DNA of 64,000 nt from Puniceicoccales bacterium (GTDB taxonomy: Bacteria > Verrucomicrobiota > Verrucomicrobiia > Opitutales > LL51). Positions 62,805 to 64,000 of this stretch are shown here, in pieces. The notes under the pieces are model-generated. The model was not told the DNA's origin, ran no database searches, and saw nothing but the letters and a program-made list of their open reading frames with translations. The position numbers were made by a program, and so were the translations under genes. The stretch's first letter is position 1; each line of letters starts with the position of its first letter. The stretch covers positions 34,046-98,045 of the forward strand of contig JAIROS010000017.1 of the NCBI GenBank assembly GCA_031257405.1. The letters run 5' to 3'.

Positions 62805-63477
62805 CGTAAGCCCCGCCGAAAACATCCTCCGTCTCGTCCGCGAAGAGCGCATTCGTCTGTTTTTCCCTTCTCAGCGCCATTTTTCGTTCGAATTCCTGCT
62901 GCCCTCTCACGGAATAACGCGCGAATGGGACGGCTTCCAGGCGTTCGGCGGCAATTTCCTCGCCGGTAATTTCACAAATTCCATAGGTTCCGTTGACAAT
63001 TCGGTCGATGGCGTCCTGCACCTCCTTTTTTTTATCGGCCTCCTTTCGCAGCAAACTCCAAGCGAACTCGATTTCCGGCGGTACCGCGCCCACCTTATTA
63101 TCCAAAACTTCCCTCAGTTGCAAAAGTTTATTATAATATTTTTCATATTTTGCATCGACTACACCTTCCTTTACTTTGGGCGGCGAAATTTTATTGATTG
63201 GGCTAAAACCTAGGATATCGGCGACTCCTGCGGCTGAGATAACCGTATTTTTATTTTCGATTAAAACTTTTTCGATTAGCTTTTGCTTATTTTGAATTTT
63301 GATGCGATTTTCCTGTTCCCGCTGCTCATTTTCGCGATTGAGGAGGACACGCCTGAGGTCCTCCATCGAAAAGTAAATACCATCCGCGTCGGATGACGGA
63401 TTGGCCTGCCTCCTGCGATTTTTTAAGGCCCTTAGCAGCGCCTGCATGTCACTTTTTACATTTTCAACCTTGTTCAT
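62785..63477 (-). CDS. DksA/TraR-family protein with a degenerate (Cys-poor) zinc finger and long N-terminal region
   Basis: DAIDRIVNGTYGICEITGEEIAAERLEAVPFARYSVRGQQEFE aligns by eye to the DksA C4 finger region but keeps only one of four Cys. Position upstream of lspA. Confidence 0.7.
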   Translation of the reverse strand: MNKVENVKSDMQALLRALKNRRRQANPSSDADGIYFSMEDLRRVLLNRENEQREQENRIKIQNKQKLIEKVLIENKNTVISAAGVADILGFSPINKISPPKVKEGVVDAKYEKYYNKLLQLREVLDNKVGAVPPEIEFAWSLLRKEADKKKEVQDAIDRIVNGTYGICEITGEEIAAERLEAVPFARYSVRGQQEFERKMALRREKQTNALFADETEDVFGGAYDEQTEE

Positions 63478-63480
63478 GTC

Positions 63481-64000
63481 CTAATTTTTCGAAAAATTTC
63501 CCTCCAATGCGCGCCGACAGCGCTCCGAAATGCCTTTAAATTCCCCATAGTCGACGAGTTTCGGGACGCGCCGCCAACTGCGCTGACAACGCTCCCACCC
63601 GCATAGCGCCGCTTCAACACACGTCTCCCCCTGCGCTTCCATGAGGACAACCTGCGAAATAATGAAAAATTCCGGTAAATCCTTTTCATGTTTTTCCAAA
63701 ATTTTAAACATATCATCGCTGCCTTTGATGATAATTTTCGCGTCGAGTGACTGCCCAATGACTTTATTTTGGCGCAAAATTTCTAATTTTTCGTGAATTT
63801 TTTCGCGGAATTGTATAATCGCCTCCACTTCCGCCTCCTCGGGGAAATCTTCCACCTCCGATACGTCAGGCCAATCCATCAAATGCACGGACGCTGCCCC
63901 ACGACCGCCCGGGAAATAATCCATCGCCTCGTCCGCCGTAAACGTCAAAATGGGGGCCAACAGACGTGTGAGCGCCCCGAAAATGATCGCCATGGCCGTC
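63481..64000 (-). CDS. ileS: Isoleucyl-tRNA synthetase, C-terminal part (continues beyond window end)
   Basis: The frame stays open to base 64000. Anticodon-binding/C-terminal region with a CxRxW...C-type zinc-finger remnant (CGWERCQRSWRRV...ISERCRRAL). Classical ileS-lspA neighbourhood. Confidence 0.88.
   Translation of the reverse strand, partial: TAMAIIFGALTRLLAPILTFTADEAMDYFPGGRGAASVHLMDWPDVSEVEDFPEEAEVEAIIQFREKIHEKLEILRQNKVIGQSLDAKIIIKGSDDMFKILEKHEKDLPEFFIISQVVLMEAQGETCVEAALCGWERCQRSWRRVPKLVDYGEFKGISERCRRALEGNFSKN

Overview
Gene-dense chromosomal segment. From gene content alone (no search run) it looks like a PVC-superphylum bacterium (Chlamydiota/Verrucomicrobiota/Lentisphaerota-like) with a host-associated flavour. 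GC is intermediate by eye.

Housekeeping content: rpsA (partial), mraZ-rsmH-ftsL-like, fmt, def, tgt, ffh-yidD, uppS-cdsA-rsmI, hpf, leuS, lgt, metG, trxA, birA, ileS(partial)-dksA-like-lspA. RNA genes: five tRNAs (Asp, Thr x2, Lys, Gly) and a type-A RNase P RNA.

Envelope and host-interaction content:
- an isolated T3SS secretin (sctC) with a ~300-aa repeat-rich N-terminal extension, plus a CesT-like chaperone, next to fabG-mcsA-mcsB
- three tandem prepilin-type pseudopilins
- a GspF-family protein with a long low-complexity N-terminus
- two signal-peptide ankyrin-repeat proteins flanking rnpB
- a TolC-MFP-RND efflux operon, MoxR-DUF58 and an EptA-like transferase
- a ClpX paralogue without the zinc-binding domain
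- an orphan RelE/ParE-like toxin divergent from an orphan AddB-like PD-(D/E)xK nuclease

I found no rRNA, CRISPR array, transposase, reverse transcriptase or prophage.

The two most unusual signals are not protein systems:
1. At least ten near-identical tandem duplications of about 90-185 bp (most 134-149 bp) sit exactly on gene junctions. They copy gene starts, gene ends and promoters.
2. A family of GC-rich nested-palindrome elements. Two of them fold on paper as perfect four-way junctions: three triloop hairpins closed by an 11-14 bp stem.

All calls rest on motif recognition by eye. No database search or folding program was run.
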